Source: Caedimonas varicaedens (GTDB lineage Bacteria; Pseudomonadota; Alphaproteobacteria; Caedimonadales; Caedimonadaceae). From it: a stretch of 32,000 nt of DNA. Shown one piece after another: positions 31,915 to 32,000 of this stretch; the stretch's first letter is position 1; each line of letters begins with the position of its first letter. Where the stretch lies: the NCBI GenBank assembly GCA_001192655.1, contig BBVC01000020.1, positions 50,204 through 82,203 on the forward strand. The letters run 5' to 3'. Below the pieces are notes generated by a model. It had not been told where the DNA came from and ran no database searches. It saw nothing but the letters and a program-made list of their open reading frames with translations. Made by a program: the position numbers and the translations under genes.

Positions 31915-32000
31915 TTCATATTGTCATAAAGGGCTTGAGAGGGGATACCGCCAAAATAATCAAATGCATCTTCATGGCATTGAAGTAATGTCGATAATTT
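31915..32000 (-). mobile_element. IS21-family istA internal segment, continues beyond the window
   Basis: catattgtcataaagggcttgagagggg... equals 24480-24560 and 28829-28910. Confidence 0.85.

Overview
The window has three parts. (1) A conserved chromosomal backbone lies at 14520-21935. It reads comM' (truncated), gshB, BON-domain lipoprotein, yraN, rsmI, divergent LpoA/LppC-like lipoprotein, grpE-hrcA, divergent rph, tRNA-Leu(GAG), fos-like' (truncated). This gene order looks alphaproteobacterial to me, which I could not verify. (2) An accessory segment at 1518-10248 carries four things. First, a 5'-truncated lambda-Red-like recombination module (YqaJ-type exonuclease, winged-helix protein, RecT/Bet-family annealing protein). 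Second, an 857-aa signal-peptide protein with three ~95-aa repeats, translationally coupled to a 135-aa HEAT-like protein; this is my best candidate for an undescribed toxin/immunity or effector pair. Third, a hypothetical gene. Fourth, a strongly AT-rich HaeIII/NgoPII-like restriction-modification locus with an intact methyltransferase and a decayed endonuclease. (3) An insertion-sequence scrapyard covers about 15.6 kb by my coordinate sums, roughly half the window. It is built from only two elements: a ~2.0-kb IS21-family element (istA/istB) and a 904-bp IS630-family element (orfA/orfB separated by an A8 tract). They are nested in each other up to three levels deep (IS630 containing IS21 containing IS630). 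The same junctions recur at several loci, and the array also shows tandem amplification, truncations and many homopolymer indels. No IS21 copy in the window encodes an intact IstA. Two IS630 copies look intact. No CRISPR array or rRNA gene was seen, and the only RNA gene I recognised is the tRNA. All family assignments come from motif recognition by eye; no database search was possible.
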